From assembly GCA_002432635.1 (NCBI GenBank), contig DJFX01000047.1, forward strand, positions 146,555 through 210,554: a DNA stretch of 64,000 nucleotides, read 5' to 3'. The notes beneath the pieces were generated by a model, which searched no databases, had not been told where the DNA came from, and worked only from the letters and a program-made list of their open reading frames with translations. Below, in pieces: positions 49,498 to 61,096 of the stretch; position 1 is the first letter of the stretch; each line of letters begins with the position of its first letter. The translations under genes were made by a program, and so were the position numbers. The DNA is from Halothiobacillaceae bacterium UBA5861. GTDB taxonomy: Bacteria > Pseudomonadota > Gammaproteobacteria > UBA5861.

Positions 49498-51924
49498 TCA
49501 GCCTGTGCTGGCCACTGTGTTGTCGGACACCAGTCGTACAACCCGCTGAGGAAAGGGGATTTCAATATTTTCATCGCGGAAAATTTGCTCAATCTGGTAA
49601 CGCAGATCGCTAGCAATGGACAATTTATGTTTGACTTCGCCGATGTAACACCGTAACTCAAACGCCAGGCTATCGGCACCAAAATCGTTAAATAAGACAA
49701 GCGGCGCGGGGTGTTCCAAGACATGAGGATGATTCGCCGCACACTGCATTAAAAGCTCATGCACTTTGCGGGGTTGTGTTCCATAGGCAACGCCCACTTT
49801 GACATCGACACGACCATAGCTGTCTTTCAGTGTCAGATTTGTCACTGAATTGGAAAGTAGCGATGCGTTAGGTATGATGACCGAAGCTTTGTCAAAAGTT
49901 TCCAACTCTGTCGCGCGAAAGTTAATACTTTGTACAATACCTTCCTTGTCCTCGACTAAAATCCAGTCGCCCACCTTAATCGGACGCTCGAACAGTAAGA
50001 TCACGCCAGAGACAAAGTTGCTCACCACATTTTGCAATCCAAAACCAATCCCGACAGATAAAGCCCCGGCGACCAAAGCAATATTTGAAAAGTCGGTCCC
50101 CAGCGCTGCAAACCCAAGTGTGACAGCAATGATCAAGCCCAGGTAACGAAATGCCGAACTGATCGAATGGTGCAGACTTCGATTTCGCGTCACTTGAGGC
50201 AAAACTTTCGCCATCAGGCTACGCTGCAACACCTGCGTTAATAGCATTACGACGCTAAAGACCAATACAGCAGAAACCACGTCAGCCGGCGATATCGTGA
50301 TATTACCGACAGTAAAGCCGTCGGCGGTGCTGCTCAACCAGCGGATAATATCTTCTTTCGGGACATCCCAAATTTGTAGTACAACCAGTAACAATGCAAC
50401 GGTCATGACAATATCAAGCAGCACCGTTGACCACACCCGTGTGCGCTGTAATGAGATGATCCGAATACCCAAAGTGCGCCTTAGCGGCTTCAACCGTGTC
50501 AAACCACGCATCATCTCCACAATAATGCCCCGCAGCCCAAACGCGACGGAAAGCGCAATGCCACTTAAAATCACCCGGCTCACCAGGTACATGCCAAACT
50601 CAACATAGCCCAGAAAACTTGCGCCTATGCCAACAATAGCCAAACAAGAGACTGTGCGACGGAAAATTAACCCGCCCAAACCACCACTCAAGCGTGCTTT
50701 GCGTGACTGCCAACTGCGGTCAGCCATGAGCCACAGAATACCCCCTCCTTTGAGGCAGACCATGAGCAGACCATAGACCGAAAACAATGCGGTTGAAGCA
50801 CTCAATTCAACAATGGTCAGTTGAATAAACAAATCAACCGACACCAAAAACAGTAACAATAAAATACCCCACGCCAGATACTCAGAACTGGTGGGAGACA
50901 GCGAGGTCAGTCGCCATACTGGTCGCCCTGGGGACAGGAAAGCATGGCTAAAAGCTGCCAAAACAACAAAGAACAAAGCAGCCAGAAAAAAACTGTCCAG
51001 AAGATCCCCAAATGTTCCCCCTGATTCAAGATCGGCACTATGGAGCCAGCCCCAAACCCCTGCCAAAACAAAAGCAGGAATCACTCCCCGGGCAACCCCA
51101 CTTGCGACAGCAGCAACCACCCGGCGAGAATAGACTGGGTTAGCCATTCTCCGGTCACGCCCCCATTTTCTAAGAATGATCGAACGCAAAAAAAGTCCGG
51201 AAAGTACCGCAGCCAGTACGATTGATAGCGCCGGATAAAGCACTTGTCTGTCACGAAAGTAGGTTTTATTTGCATTAATCCACTCCATTGGCGAGCGTAT
51301 TAAACGTGAAACAGCCTGCTTCAGCTGCCCCACCGCTGAGTCGAGCACTGCCGAGGAGAAGGGTGAAGGAAATTTTTGTGACAGCCTGTCAAGAAGCTCT
51401 GTTCTCAACAGGCTGGAGAGCTCGCTGGCAAGTGATTTTGCCTGAGCTTCAGTGATGTCTAAGTAGGTCAGCCGTGAGCGTAGTTTTCCGAGTTCCTGAT
51501 TATAAAAATCCCGCTTTTCCGTGATGGCTTCAACTTCGATCGGCTCGCGCTCTCCAGGCTTTTCTAATGCGTCGAGAACCTGATTGAGAGAGTCCAGCTT
51601 GGTTTGTATCTCTTTTTTCTGGACCAGAACATCACTAGCAATACGGCTGATGTGCTGAAAAAAGGCACGCGTTTGTGTGTCCACATAGTGTTTGCCGGCG
51701 ATATAAGCCTCAACGCGATTAAGCACGTCATCCCACGTGAGTGCCTGATCATCCCAGTCTTCTTGCTCCAGACGCCGGTCAAACTCTGCAGTAAACACTT
51801 CAGCTTCTTTTAACAGCCGCTCCGCCAGAGAGGTTTCATTGCCAGGCTCACGTATCTCTGGCGTTGCCACAACATTTGAAAACAGCAGAAAATTCAGGAC
51901 AACCAGTAAACAGACGTTTTTCAT
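49498..51924 (-). CDS. MscK/KefA-like mechanosensitive channel (MscS superfamily, large periplasmic N-terminal domain)
   Basis: Signal peptide, long coiled-coil periplasmic region, about 11 TM helices, and a conserved MscS pore/beta domain (ELETFDKASVIIPNASL). The start is chosen at the internal Met, MKNVCLL. Confidence 0.8.
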   Translation of the reverse strand: MKNVCLLVVLNFLLFSNVVATPEIREPGNETSLAERLLKEAEVFTAEFDRRLEQEDWDDQALTWDDVLNRVEAYIAGKHYVDTQTRAFFQHISRIASDVLVQKKEIQTKLDSLNQVLDALEKPGEREPIEVEAITEKRDFYNQELGKLRSRLTYLDITEAQAKSLASELSSLLRTELLDRLSQKFPSPFSSAVLDSAVGQLKQAVSRLIRSPMEWINANKTYFRDRQVLYPALSIVLAAVLSGLFLRSIILRKWGRDRRMANPVYSRRVVAAVASGVARGVIPAFVLAGVWGWLHSADLESGGTFGDLLDSFFLAALFFVVLAAFSHAFLSPGRPVWRLTSLSPTSSEYLAWGILLLLFLVSVDLFIQLTIVELSASTALFSVYGLLMVCLKGGGILWLMADRSWQSRKARLSGGLGGLIFRRTVSCLAIVGIGASFLGYVEFGMYLVSRVILSGIALSVAFGLRGIIVEMMRGLTRLKPLRRTLGIRIISLQRTRVWSTVLLDIVMTVALLLVVLQIWDVPKEDIIRWLSSTADGFTVGNITISPADVVSAVLVFSVVMLLTQVLQRSLMAKVLPQVTRNRSLHHSISSAFRYLGLIIAVTLGFAALGTDFSNIALVAGALSVGIGFGLQNVVSNFVSGVILLFERPIKVGDWILVEDKEGIVQSINFRATELETFDKASVIIPNASLLSNSVTNLTLKDSYGRVDVKVGVAYGTQPRKVHELLMQCAANHPHVLEHPAPLVLFNDFGADSLAFELRCYIGEVKHKLSIASDLRYQIEQIFRDENIEIPFPQRVVRLVSDNTVASTG

Positions 51925-52003
51925 AGTGGCGGTATTTTCTCCGCCTGGGCAACGGCTCGCAAGCTTCAAGCGTCAGGCGGAGTCAAGGCCATTACACAAG
52001 GTT

Positions 52004-53962
52004 TTATTGATCGGGAAAACGTATCTCAACAATCGACATGTCATCAGCTAACGCGGCATCGCCAATAAAATCTGTCAATGCATGACTGATTTTTTCAATA
52101 CGGCCTGTTCCCACATCTTCTTCCATCACCAGGGCTTTGAAGCGCGCCTGTCCAAACATTTCTTCAGCATGATTACGCGCCTCGGTGATCCCATCTGAAT
52201 AAGCGTAAAGACTATCCCCTGCCTGTACCGAATATTCATTTTTTTCAAAAGATTTTAGGAAAGTAATACCTAGGGGTAAATTTTGCGATTCACAAGTATA
52301 GACAACTTCCCCTTTATGGTTAACCACCACCACAGGTGGCATCCCACAATTCCAGACTTTGATGTTATTTCCTTGAAAATCAATCTTCATGTACGCCGCG
52401 CAGGCAAAATAATCTGTGGGCAATAGCTCTTTTAATTTTTCATTTAACTCGGCTAATACTTCATCACCGTACATGTCGCGGCGGACCATCGCGCGGAAAA
52501 TGGCTGAAACCGGGACCGCACCCAATGCAGCTGGCAGTCCATGCCCAGTGAAATCACAAAGCAGGCAATGTATGACCCCCCTTGAGTCTTGTGCTGTCAG
52601 TACTAAATCACCACTAAACGCAGAAAATGACTGCCCCCAGCAGCACACGCCTTCTACATGATCGGTTGTTTTTACAATTCGGGAAAAGACTTCCTTAGCA
52701 ACATTCTCTTCCTTCATTCGCTCGGACTGTTCATGCAAGAGCTTATTGTTCATATCAATCAACGCATCACTATTGCGTTCCAGGCGGTTTCGGTAATCCG
52801 CCAGATGTATCATCATCTGATTAACCGTTCCTGCAATTTGGCCAATTTCATCCGTTCCCCCAATATCCACACTGGCAATTTCTCGGGATGATACCTCCCA
52901 CGCCTGTAGCGCTTTGGTCAACGCCTTCAAACGCTCACTGATGCTTTTTACAATGAGCCAGCCAAGCCATGCGGTGAGGCTTAATACCATTATTAAAGCC
53001 ACCCCGAGTGTTATGATTTTTAATAATGAAAAACTAAAAACCCGGTCACTTTTTTCAACAAGAAAACGCCCATATGCATCGTTAAAGCTGGCAATGGCGC
53101 CTTCCCTTTCCGCAAGTGAGGTCAATAGAGAAGCCGTTATCTCCAGCCGATAAGCATCTTGGTGCTTCACGTTATACAAGGTGGCGTTCTTCCACCCTGT
53201 ATATTGAGGCAGTTTTTTGTATTCCAGCGCTTCATCCAGCATCAACTGAGGTACTGCTGAAATCACAACGCTCCCCAGTGTCTGCCTGAGGTACTCGATC
53301 TCATCAGCCAATAGCACCCACTCGATAACATGTCTTCGCCCATGCCACCAGGGCGCTTCAAAATGCTGGATGAAAACCGACTCCCTACTGGATAATTCTT
53401 CATACTGAAGAGCATTGGACCAGACAAGCGCACCTAAATGAAAGTCGCTGTATAAAATTGAAGCCGCAAACTCCTCAAACACGAGCAGCATCTTATCTAT
53501 AACTTCATTGTAGGCTTCAAAAAAATAGACCGTAGAGTAGTCATAAGTGACTCTCTGTCGCAAATCGGGTAGAGAACGGGCCGCCGAAATGGCTCGGGAA
53601 ACCGACGACTGGATTCGGGCAAATGCGTCTCGTTTAACGAGATCGGTATAGTCTGACCGAAACTGCTCTCTGAATGCCTGAACGCGATCGATTTGCGCTT
53701 GCAACTTCGCTCCAGCCTGAGCATTACCTGCTGACTCAATATACTTAATCGTGAGTATTTTCTCCTGCCGCAACAACCGAACAAATGTGGACAAGTCCTG
53801 CAAGAAAACCTTCACTTCCATAGTTTGCCGGGCTGAATTGAAAGCCGTGGTCTGCCGGCTGAGCTCACCGGCTACGATGATAAAGAGTAAAAGCACTGGC
53901 CCGCAAAGGAAAACAAGCAGCTTTCCCCGAGCCCCCATATTGCTTATAAAATTCTCAGACAT
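52004..53962 (-). CDS. Membrane sensor protein phosphatase (periplasmic domain, HAMP, then PP2C/SpoIIE phosphatase)
   Basis: Two TM helices flank a periplasmic region of about 290 aa. This is followed by a HAMP domain and a PP2C domain (DFTGHGLPAALGAV...SDGITEA). Confidence 0.8.
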   Translation of the reverse strand: MSENFISNMGARGKLLVFLCGPVLLLFIIVAGELSRQTTAFNSARQTMEVKVFLQDLSTFVRLLRQEKILTIKYIESAGNAQAGAKLQAQIDRVQAFREQFRSDYTDLVKRDAFARIQSSVSRAISAARSLPDLRQRVTYDYSTVYFFEAYNEVIDKMLLVFEEFAASILYSDFHLGALVWSNALQYEELSSRESVFIQHFEAPWWHGRRHVIEWVLLADEIEYLRQTLGSVVISAVPQLMLDEALEYKKLPQYTGWKNATLYNVKHQDAYRLEITASLLTSLAEREGAIASFNDAYGRFLVEKSDRVFSFSLLKIITLGVALIMVLSLTAWLGWLIVKSISERLKALTKALQAWEVSSREIASVDIGGTDEIGQIAGTVNQMMIHLADYRNRLERNSDALIDMNNKLLHEQSERMKEENVAKEVFSRIVKTTDHVEGVCCWGQSFSAFSGDLVLTAQDSRGVIHCLLCDFTGHGLPAALGAVPVSAIFRAMVRRDMYGDEVLAELNEKLKELLPTDYFACAAYMKIDFQGNNIKVWNCGMPPVVVVNHKGEVVYTCESQNLPLGITFLKSFEKNEYSVQAGDSLYAYSDGITEARNHAEEMFGQARFKALVMEEDVGTGRIEKISHALTDFIGDAALADDMSIVEIRFPDQ

Positions 53963-54182
53963 CCGCAGCCAGATAAGCCCTATTCATCGGCCGCCTCATG
54001 CCACCACCTACTCGCACTCTCTTGTGCAAAAACAGCCGGAGGAGGTTACAGCGAGACGGACCTATCAAAAGTTATAGTTGATTTAATGAATCGGCCTAAT
54101 CGGCGACACCTTTAAATGAAAAAAGGCTTTCTTTACTTGAGTACACCGCACCTCAAGAGTTCATTTTAGGGCTCACGGCTTT

Positions 54183-55700
54183 TTATGTATGCATGTCACG
54201 CAGTGCTGTTTTTAACACCTTGCCGTAGTTATTTTTAGGCAGCGCCTCTAGGAAATGGTATTTTTTAGGCCGTTTAAAACGTGCGATGTGCTCAACACAG
54301 AATTGATCCAGCTCACTGGCTGTGAGTGGACTATTCGGTCTTAGTACAACACAAGCGACGACATTCTCACCCCATTCAGGATCAGGCTCACCAATAACGG
54401 ATACTTCAGCAACATCTGGGTGCTGAAGCAGCACTTCTTCAACTTCACGTGGATAAATATTAATGCCGCCACTGATCAGCATATCCTTGCTACGATCTTT
54501 AAGCGTTAAAAAGCCCTGCTCATCCATAAAGCCTAAATCACCCGTGTGCAACCACCCCCCTTTTAAAGTCACTTCTGTCGCACTTGGATTTTTCCAGTAC
54601 CCCAACATCACGGTATCCCCGCGCACCAGGATTTCGCCAACCTCATGAGGGGGTAACTCCGTATCGTTGGCATCCGCAATGCGCACCTCAACAACCGAGT
54701 GAGGAATACCCACAGATGCAACCTTTGCTTCCCAGTCCGGAGTAGCCTGATCCGCAATGACCGTCCGCGGCAAGCAGGTGATGGTCATCGGGCTTTCTCC
54801 TTGACCATAAATTTGTATCAAGCGCTCGCCAAAAAGTGCCTGGGCCTGACGCAGATCTTCGACATACATCGGCGCTCCACCATAAACGATTGTTTTAATT
54901 CCAGAGACATCAAGACCTTGCCCTTGATCGACCAACCGTTTAATGATCGTGGGTGCGGCAAAAAAGGTGGTATTTTTCCAGTGTTGAGAAAGGCTGAAAA
55001 CTTCGTCGACATCAAACCCCCGGCTCGGCGGCAGTACATGACAAGCCGCAGCAACGACATGGGCAACTGCATAAATCCCAGACCCATGGCTCAAGGGAGC
55101 CGAATGCAGAATGCAATCTTGAGGGGAAATCCTGTCAACATCGGTGGCATAACCGGAAACCATAGCAAATAAATTACCGTGGCTGATCATGGCACCCTTG
55201 GGTTTGCCTGTTGTGCCACTGGTATAAAAAAGCCAGGCAAGATGATCTTTTTCAACGCCTGCCAGTTCGATCCGATCTGCATCAAAAAGCCGTCTGTACG
55301 CGTCATCATCCACATTAATCAGTGCATCCAGGGTTTCGATACGCCCTTCGATTGCGGCAATGTCCTCGTATATTGAACCCGCAGAAAAGCAGAGCTTGGC
55401 CTCAGAGTGACTCAAGATGTATTCAAATTCATTCACGTGTAATTTAGCGTTGACAGGGACAACTGCCAGCCCGGCATACCAGCACCCATACAGTAACTCC
55501 AGATATTCCGGTCGGTTCTGCATCACAATCGCAACTTTGTCACCGGTTTCCAGGCCATACTCTGAGCACAAGGCCCGCCCAAGTCGCGCACAACGGTCAT
55601 CCAGCTCCGCATAGGTATAGACCAGCGTTTTACCCAAGGCAATCGCTCGATTTTCTCCAAAGGATCGTCCAGCACGCTTCATGTGGATGGCAATATTCAT
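54183..55700 (-). CDS. AMP-dependent acyl-CoA synthetase/ligase (FadD-like)
   Basis: AMP-binding motif YTSGTTGKPKG and the C-terminal motifs of adenylate-forming enzymes. Confidence 0.85.
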   Translation of the reverse strand: MNIAIHMKRAGRSFGENRAIALGKTLVYTYAELDDRCARLGRALCSEYGLETGDKVAIVMQNRPEYLELLYGCWYAGLAVVPVNAKLHVNEFEYILSHSEAKLCFSAGSIYEDIAAIEGRIETLDALINVDDDAYRRLFDADRIELAGVEKDHLAWLFYTSGTTGKPKGAMISHGNLFAMVSGYATDVDRISPQDCILHSAPLSHGSGIYAVAHVVAAACHVLPPSRGFDVDEVFSLSQHWKNTTFFAAPTIIKRLVDQGQGLDVSGIKTIVYGGAPMYVEDLRQAQALFGERLIQIYGQGESPMTITCLPRTVIADQATPDWEAKVASVGIPHSVVEVRIADANDTELPPHEVGEILVRGDTVMLGYWKNPSATEVTLKGGWLHTGDLGFMDEQGFLTLKDRSKDMLISGGINIYPREVEEVLLQHPDVAEVSVIGEPDPEWGENVVACVVLRPNSPLTASELDQFCVEHIARFKRPKKYHFLEALPKNNYGKVLKTALRDMHT

Positions 55701-55817
55701 GGTTTCTCTCTCCTGTGCCCAGATTTGCTGTCTATTTTACTCTCTGGCGCGTCACTAAGTGTTGGTTCTAAACATGTTATGCTATTCGCTCTAAATAGTT
55801 AAAGCCATGACACACGA

Positions 55818-56468
55818 ATGACACAGGTGGAAAACGCCAATCTTGAAGTAATATCGGCCACGCAGATCGCACGCCAGCTGGAACACTGGCATACATTGTC
55901 TATGGACTTGCCAGAGATGGTGCGATTCCCTCCCGGGCCACCTAAGCGCGCCGCGGTACTCGTGCCGCTTCAAAGAAAAGACGATGGCTGGCACATACTC
56001 TTTATCCGTCGTGCTCACCGCAGTGGTGACCACCACAGCGGCCAAGTCGCGTTTCCAGGCGGCAAAGTTGAGCAGGAAGATCACAGTGTTGAGTCCGCTG
56101 CCTTACGTGAAACCTGGGAGGAAATCGGCCTTCACCCTTCCAATGTTGATATGGTGGGCCGTCTGCAAAACCTCGTTACCATCACCAATTTTGTCGTCAC
56201 ACCGTTCGTTGGCATCGTCAAAGCCCCCTTTGACGCGGTCCTTTCAGAGACAGAAGTCGCCCGGGTATTTACAATGCCGCTGCATTGGCTGGCCAACCCT
56301 GATAATCACATCCTGCCTGGCATCAATGCACCTGCAGAAGTTGAGGTGCCCAAATATGGGCGAGTGGTTAAGTCGGAATACTTTGCACCCTACGATGGTG
56401 AAGTACTCTGGGGAGCGACGGCACGTATGGCTTTCCATTTGATCAAACTTTTGCAAAAACCACTATAG
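55818..56468 (+). CDS. nudL: NUDIX CoA pyrophosphatase (NudL type)
   Basis: Nudix box GGKVEQEDHSVESAALRETWEEIGL, with the upstream LFIRRAHRSGDHHSGQVAFPGG motif typical of CoA pyrophosphatases. Confidence 0.7.
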   Translation: MTQVENANLEVISATQIARQLEHWHTLSMDLPEMVRFPPGPPKRAAVLVPLQRKDDGWHILFIRRAHRSGDHHSGQVAFPGGKVEQEDHSVESAALRETWEEIGLHPSNVDMVGRLQNLVTITNFVVTPFVGIVKAPFDAVLSETEVARVFTMPLHWLANPDNHILPGINAPAEVEVPKYGRVVKSEYFAPYDGEVLWGATARMAFHLIKLLQKPL

Positions 56469-57404
<936 letters not shown>

Positions 57405-57462
57405 CAACAGATAGCCACGCTATTCATTTTATTAACCCTTATCCACATACACTGAGGTATAC

Positions 57463-57939
57463 ATGGCCGAAACAGCACAGCAAGACAATGGACAGCAATT
57501 CAAAATCGAAAAAGTCTATCTCAAAGACGCCTCTTTTGAGTCGCCTGGCACCCCTAGCCTGTTTATTGGGAACCAGGCCTGGAAACCGCAAATGGACTTA
57601 CAACTGAACAGCGAAGGCCGGAAAATCAACGACAATGTGTATGAGGTTGTTCTAACAATCACTCTGACCGCCAAGCAAGAAGAAAAAACCGCCTACCTGA
57701 TCGAACTAAAACAGGCTGGCATTTTTACCATCACCGGCGTAGAACCTGCGGCACTCGGTAACGTTCTGGGTGCTTTCTGCCCCAATATCTTATTCCCCTT
57801 CGCCCGCGAAGCCATCTCAGAGTTGGCTGTCAAAGGTGGCTTTCCCCAAATTTTACTGGACCCTATCAATTTCGACGCACTGTATGCTCAGCATCTGGAA
57901 CAACAAAAAGCATCCGAAAATAAAGAGACCATACAGTAA
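57463..57939 (+). CDS. secB: Protein-export chaperone SecB
   Basis: 158 aa. FKIEKVYLKDASFESP N-terminal signature. Followed by gpsA, as in E. coli. Confidence 0.9.
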   Translation: MAETAQQDNGQQFKIEKVYLKDASFESPGTPSLFIGNQAWKPQMDLQLNSEGRKINDNVYEVVLTITLTAKQEEKTAYLIELKQAGIFTITGVEPAALGNVLGAFCPNILFPFAREAISELAVKGGFPQILLDPINFDALYAQHLEQQKASENKETIQ

Positions 57940-57945
57940 GAACAC

Positions 57946-58950
57946 ATGGCAAATCCGCAATTCACAGTTCTTGGGGCAGGTTCGTGGGGGACCGCTCTGG
58001 CGGCACTCCTGGCCCGCAATGGCCACGCCACCACCCTCTGGGGGCGGGACATTCAACAGATGCAAGCCATGCAGGTCACCCAGGAAAATTCAAAATATTT
58101 ACCAGGGTTGCCACTCCCTCCCACACTGCACTACACACATGACCTAACACACGCGATCGCACAAGCAGACGCTATTGTTCTCGCCGTACCCAGCCATACT
58201 TTTCGGGACTACATCCAGAAGCTGAATCCCTGGCTGTCAGGGGAGCGTGCCATCATTTGGGCCTGTAAAGGGCTTGAGAAAGGTACGGCCAAGCTACTGC
58301 ATGAAATTGCACTTGAAGAACTCCCCTCGCTCCACCGGGTTGCGGTGATCTCCGGCCCAACGTTTGCAAAAGAAGTACTGCAAGGCCTACCTTCTGCGGC
58401 AACTATTGCCGCAGAAGAAGCTGACTTTGCAAGTCTGGCGGCCAGCTGGTTTCAGGGCGAAAGTTTTAGAACCTATGCCAACACCGATATTATTGGCGTG
58501 GAAATCGGCGGCGCGCTCAAAAATGTGCTTGCAATTGCCGCAGGCATTGCCGATGGCCTCGGCTTTGGCGCAAATACCCGGGCTGCACTCATTACCCGCG
58601 GGCTGGCGGAATTAATGCGCTTGGGAGAACAACTCGGAGGACAGCGAGAAACCCTGATGGGGCTCTCAGGGCTGGGCGACTTAGTGCTAACCTGCACGGA
58701 TAATTTATCCCGTAATCGCCGGTTTGGTCTGGCGCTGGCCAGAGGGCTCAATACCGAACAAGCCATTCAAGAAATCGGACAAGCGGTTGAAGGCATTTAT
58801 ACCACGGCAGAAGCCTACCGGCTCTCCGACCAAAAAGCCGTTGATATGCCAATTGTGAATGAAGTGTACGATGTCTTATATCAAGGCAAAGCGCCTTTAG
58901 CGGCGGTACACAGTCTCCTGGCCCGCGCACCCGTCATGGAAGCGCCCTGA
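57946..58950 (+). CDS. gpsA: NAD(P)H-dependent glycerol-3-phosphate dehydrogenase
   Basis: 334 aa. Rossmann motif VLGAGSWGTALA and GpsA C-terminal domain. Confidence 0.9.
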   Translation: MANPQFTVLGAGSWGTALAALLARNGHATTLWGRDIQQMQAMQVTQENSKYLPGLPLPPTLHYTHDLTHAIAQADAIVLAVPSHTFRDYIQKLNPWLSGERAIIWACKGLEKGTAKLLHEIALEELPSLHRVAVISGPTFAKEVLQGLPSAATIAAEEADFASLAASWFQGESFRTYANTDIIGVEIGGALKNVLAIAAGIADGLGFGANTRAALITRGLAELMRLGEQLGGQRETLMGLSGLGDLVLTCTDNLSRNRRFGLALARGLNTEQAIQEIGQAVEGIYTTAEAYRLSDQKAVDMPIVNEVYDVLYQGKAPLAAVHSLLARAPVMEAP

Positions 58951-58969
58951 AAGCTGACGGGAGCCGCCC

Positions 58970-59443
58970 CTAATCCAGTACACAAAAATCCATTTGTCGC
59001 CAAGCCTCATAAAAAATAATCGCCACCGCATTTGACAAATTCAGGCTCCGGGATCCCCTATTCATGGGAATGGTTAATTGCTGTTCAGGCGGTACACTCG
59101 ACAGCACACTTGTAGGCAACCCACGCGTTTCCGGGCCAAACAGCAGTGCATCACCTGGCGCATACACAACATTAGAATAACGGCTCTGTCCGCGCGTACT
59201 GCAAGGCAATAATCGCTTGGGTTGAACGGTTTGAAGGAAACGATCGAGGCTGGAATGCGTACTGACACGGGCACTCTCATGGTAGTCCAAACCTGCTCGA
59301 CGCAGTTTGCGGTGATCCAACTCGAATCCCAATGGCTCAATCAGGTGCAAGCCGGCTCCGGTGTTAGCGCACAAACGGATAATGTTACCCGTATTCGGTG
59401 GGATTTCAGGCTGGTACAAAACAATATTTAACACGGCACTCAT
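58970..59443 (-). CDS. trmL: tRNA (cytidine34/5-carboxymethylaminomethyluridine34-2'-O)-methyltransferase TrmL
   Basis: 157 aa from the internal Met at 59443 (MSAVLNIVLYQPEIPPNTGNIIRLCANTG). SpoU/TrmH class IV knot methyltransferase. Confidence 0.75.
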   Translation of the reverse strand: MSAVLNIVLYQPEIPPNTGNIIRLCANTGAGLHLIEPLGFELDHRKLRRAGLDYHESARVSTHSSLDRFLQTVQPKRLLPCSTRGQSRYSNVVYAPGDALLFGPETRGLPTSVLSSVPPEQQLTIPMNRGSRSLNLSNAVAIIFYEAWRQMDFCVLD

Positions 59444-59597
59444 AACAAAATAACTTTCATTAGGGGAAGAAGGAATTGTCAATTTTTCGACATATATACT
59501 TTAAAACCAGATTCACACTGGACATTTTTCATCAAGTGTTAGAGAAATTTAAGTAATTTAGGGAATCTCCCTTAACAGGCTTGCATATTGAACAGAA

Positions 59598-61091
59598 ATG
59601 TCGAAAAATCCACAGATCAATCAAGTTTTTTTTGATAGCCGATCTAAATCGGTTCAATCCAACGCAACCAGCTCTGGCTATGAAAGGATTATAACGCCAA
59701 TGGATAAACCCGGACTTCTGCTTGTCGATGATGACCCGTTAATCAGAGAAAACCTGGTTTTTTTATTGCGCTCATCGTTCACCGTGCACACGGCCGAAAC
59801 GCGAAAGGAAGCCATCACGGTTATCAGTAACTTACCACAACCTCCCGAGCTTTCACTGGTTGACTTAGGCCTCCCCCCTTATCCTCATGACTCGACAGAG
59901 GGTTTTACTCTAATTCCAGAGTTACTCGCAATCAGCCCCAACATGCGCATTTTGGTGTTATCCGGACAAAACGAAGACAAAAACCTCAAGCATGCAATGA
60001 CGATAGGTGCCGCTGACTTCATCCCAAAACCCTGTGAACCCCAGCTGCTCAAAGCAAGATTGGAGCACCAGCTACAGCTTTTGAGTATTGATGTTGACCA
60101 ATCCAAAAGAGAAAGTTACGCACTGATTGGGGACAGCCCGGCCATGGTGGGCTTACGCGCCCAAATCACCCAGTTTGCCAATACAGACTTTCCCGTACTG
60201 GTAACAGGCGAATCAGGGACGGGCAAAGAGCTGATTGCTACTCAACTGCATAATGCCAGTGCCCGCGCGGCGCACCCCTATATTGCTGTTAATTGTGCGG
60301 CCTTCTCCAGCGAATTACTGGCATCACAGCTATTTGGCCACGCTAAAGGCGCATTCACCGGCGCCACGCGGGAGCATAGTGGCTTCTTTGCAGAAGCCAA
60401 AGACGGCACGCTCTTCCTGGATGAAATTGGCGAGATGAGCATCAATCTTCAATCCAACTTGCTGCGCGTTATCGAAAACGGTGAGTATTATCGTATCGGC
60501 GAGTCGCGCCCCCGACTTGCACGGGCCAGAATCATCGCCGCGAGTAATAAAAACTTACTGGAGGAGGTCCGGGCAGGCCGTTTCCGAGAAGATTTATACT
60601 ATCGCCTTTGTGTCCTTTCAATTAAGACACCCCCACTCCGTGAGCGCTACCAAGACAAAATCGCATTGCTGATTTACTTTCAAAATATTTACAGCGGTAA
60701 AGTACCCGCTTTTGAGCTGGACAATGAAGCAGAAGAACTCTGGCTGGGATACATATTTCCCGGTAACGTCAGGGAGCTGCGTAATATCATTGTACGACTA
60801 GGTACAAAATATCCGGGGCAGACGGTATCACGAGCCCGTTTACAAGAAGAACTTGAAAGTTCAGAACCCTTGGCCACTCTACCAGCAGATGACGCGGCTG
60901 AGGACTGTGCGACTCGCTTAAAAGAAGGGAATTTTGATCTCGACGAACACATCCAGAAGATCGAATGGCAATATATTCAAAGTGCATTGCAAATGTGCGA
61001 CAACAACCTCAGTCATGCCTCCAAGCTGCTGAATGTAAACCGCACAACGCTCTATAGTAAAATTCAAAGACTGGAAAGTAAGGCGGTTTAA
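59598..61091 (+). CDS. Sigma54-dependent response regulator (receiver, AAA+ sigma54 activator, HTH); NtrC family
   Basis: Receiver domain (LLLVDDDP), Walker A GESGTGKE, a GAFTGA-like motif, and a C-terminal Fis-type HTH. The first ~34 codons may be upstream of the real start, which could be the Met at 59700. No cognate HK is adjacent. Confidence 0.8.
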   Translation: MSKNPQINQVFFDSRSKSVQSNATSSGYERIITPMDKPGLLLVDDDPLIRENLVFLLRSSFTVHTAETRKEAITVISNLPQPPELSLVDLGLPPYPHDSTEGFTLIPELLAISPNMRILVLSGQNEDKNLKHAMTIGAADFIPKPCEPQLLKARLEHQLQLLSIDVDQSKRESYALIGDSPAMVGLRAQITQFANTDFPVLVTGESGTGKELIATQLHNASARAAHPYIAVNCAAFSSELLASQLFGHAKGAFTGATREHSGFFAEAKDGTLFLDEIGEMSINLQSNLLRVIENGEYYRIGESRPRLARARIIAASNKNLLEEVRAGRFREDLYYRLCVLSIKTPPLRERYQDKIALLIYFQNIYSGKVPAFELDNEAEELWLGYIFPGNVRELRNIIVRLGTKYPGQTVSRARLQEELESSEPLATLPADDAAEDCATRLKEGNFDLDEHIQKIEWQYIQSALQMCDNNLSHASKLLNVNRTTLYSKIQRLESKAV

Positions 61092-61096
61092 CCCAC

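Noticed and set aside
59483-59597. Candidate sigma54 promoter (GGC..TTGCAT) upstream of the sigma54 regulator
   Set aside because: The spacing between the GG and GC elements is only about 4 nt instead of 10, so it is not a -24/-12 promoter.
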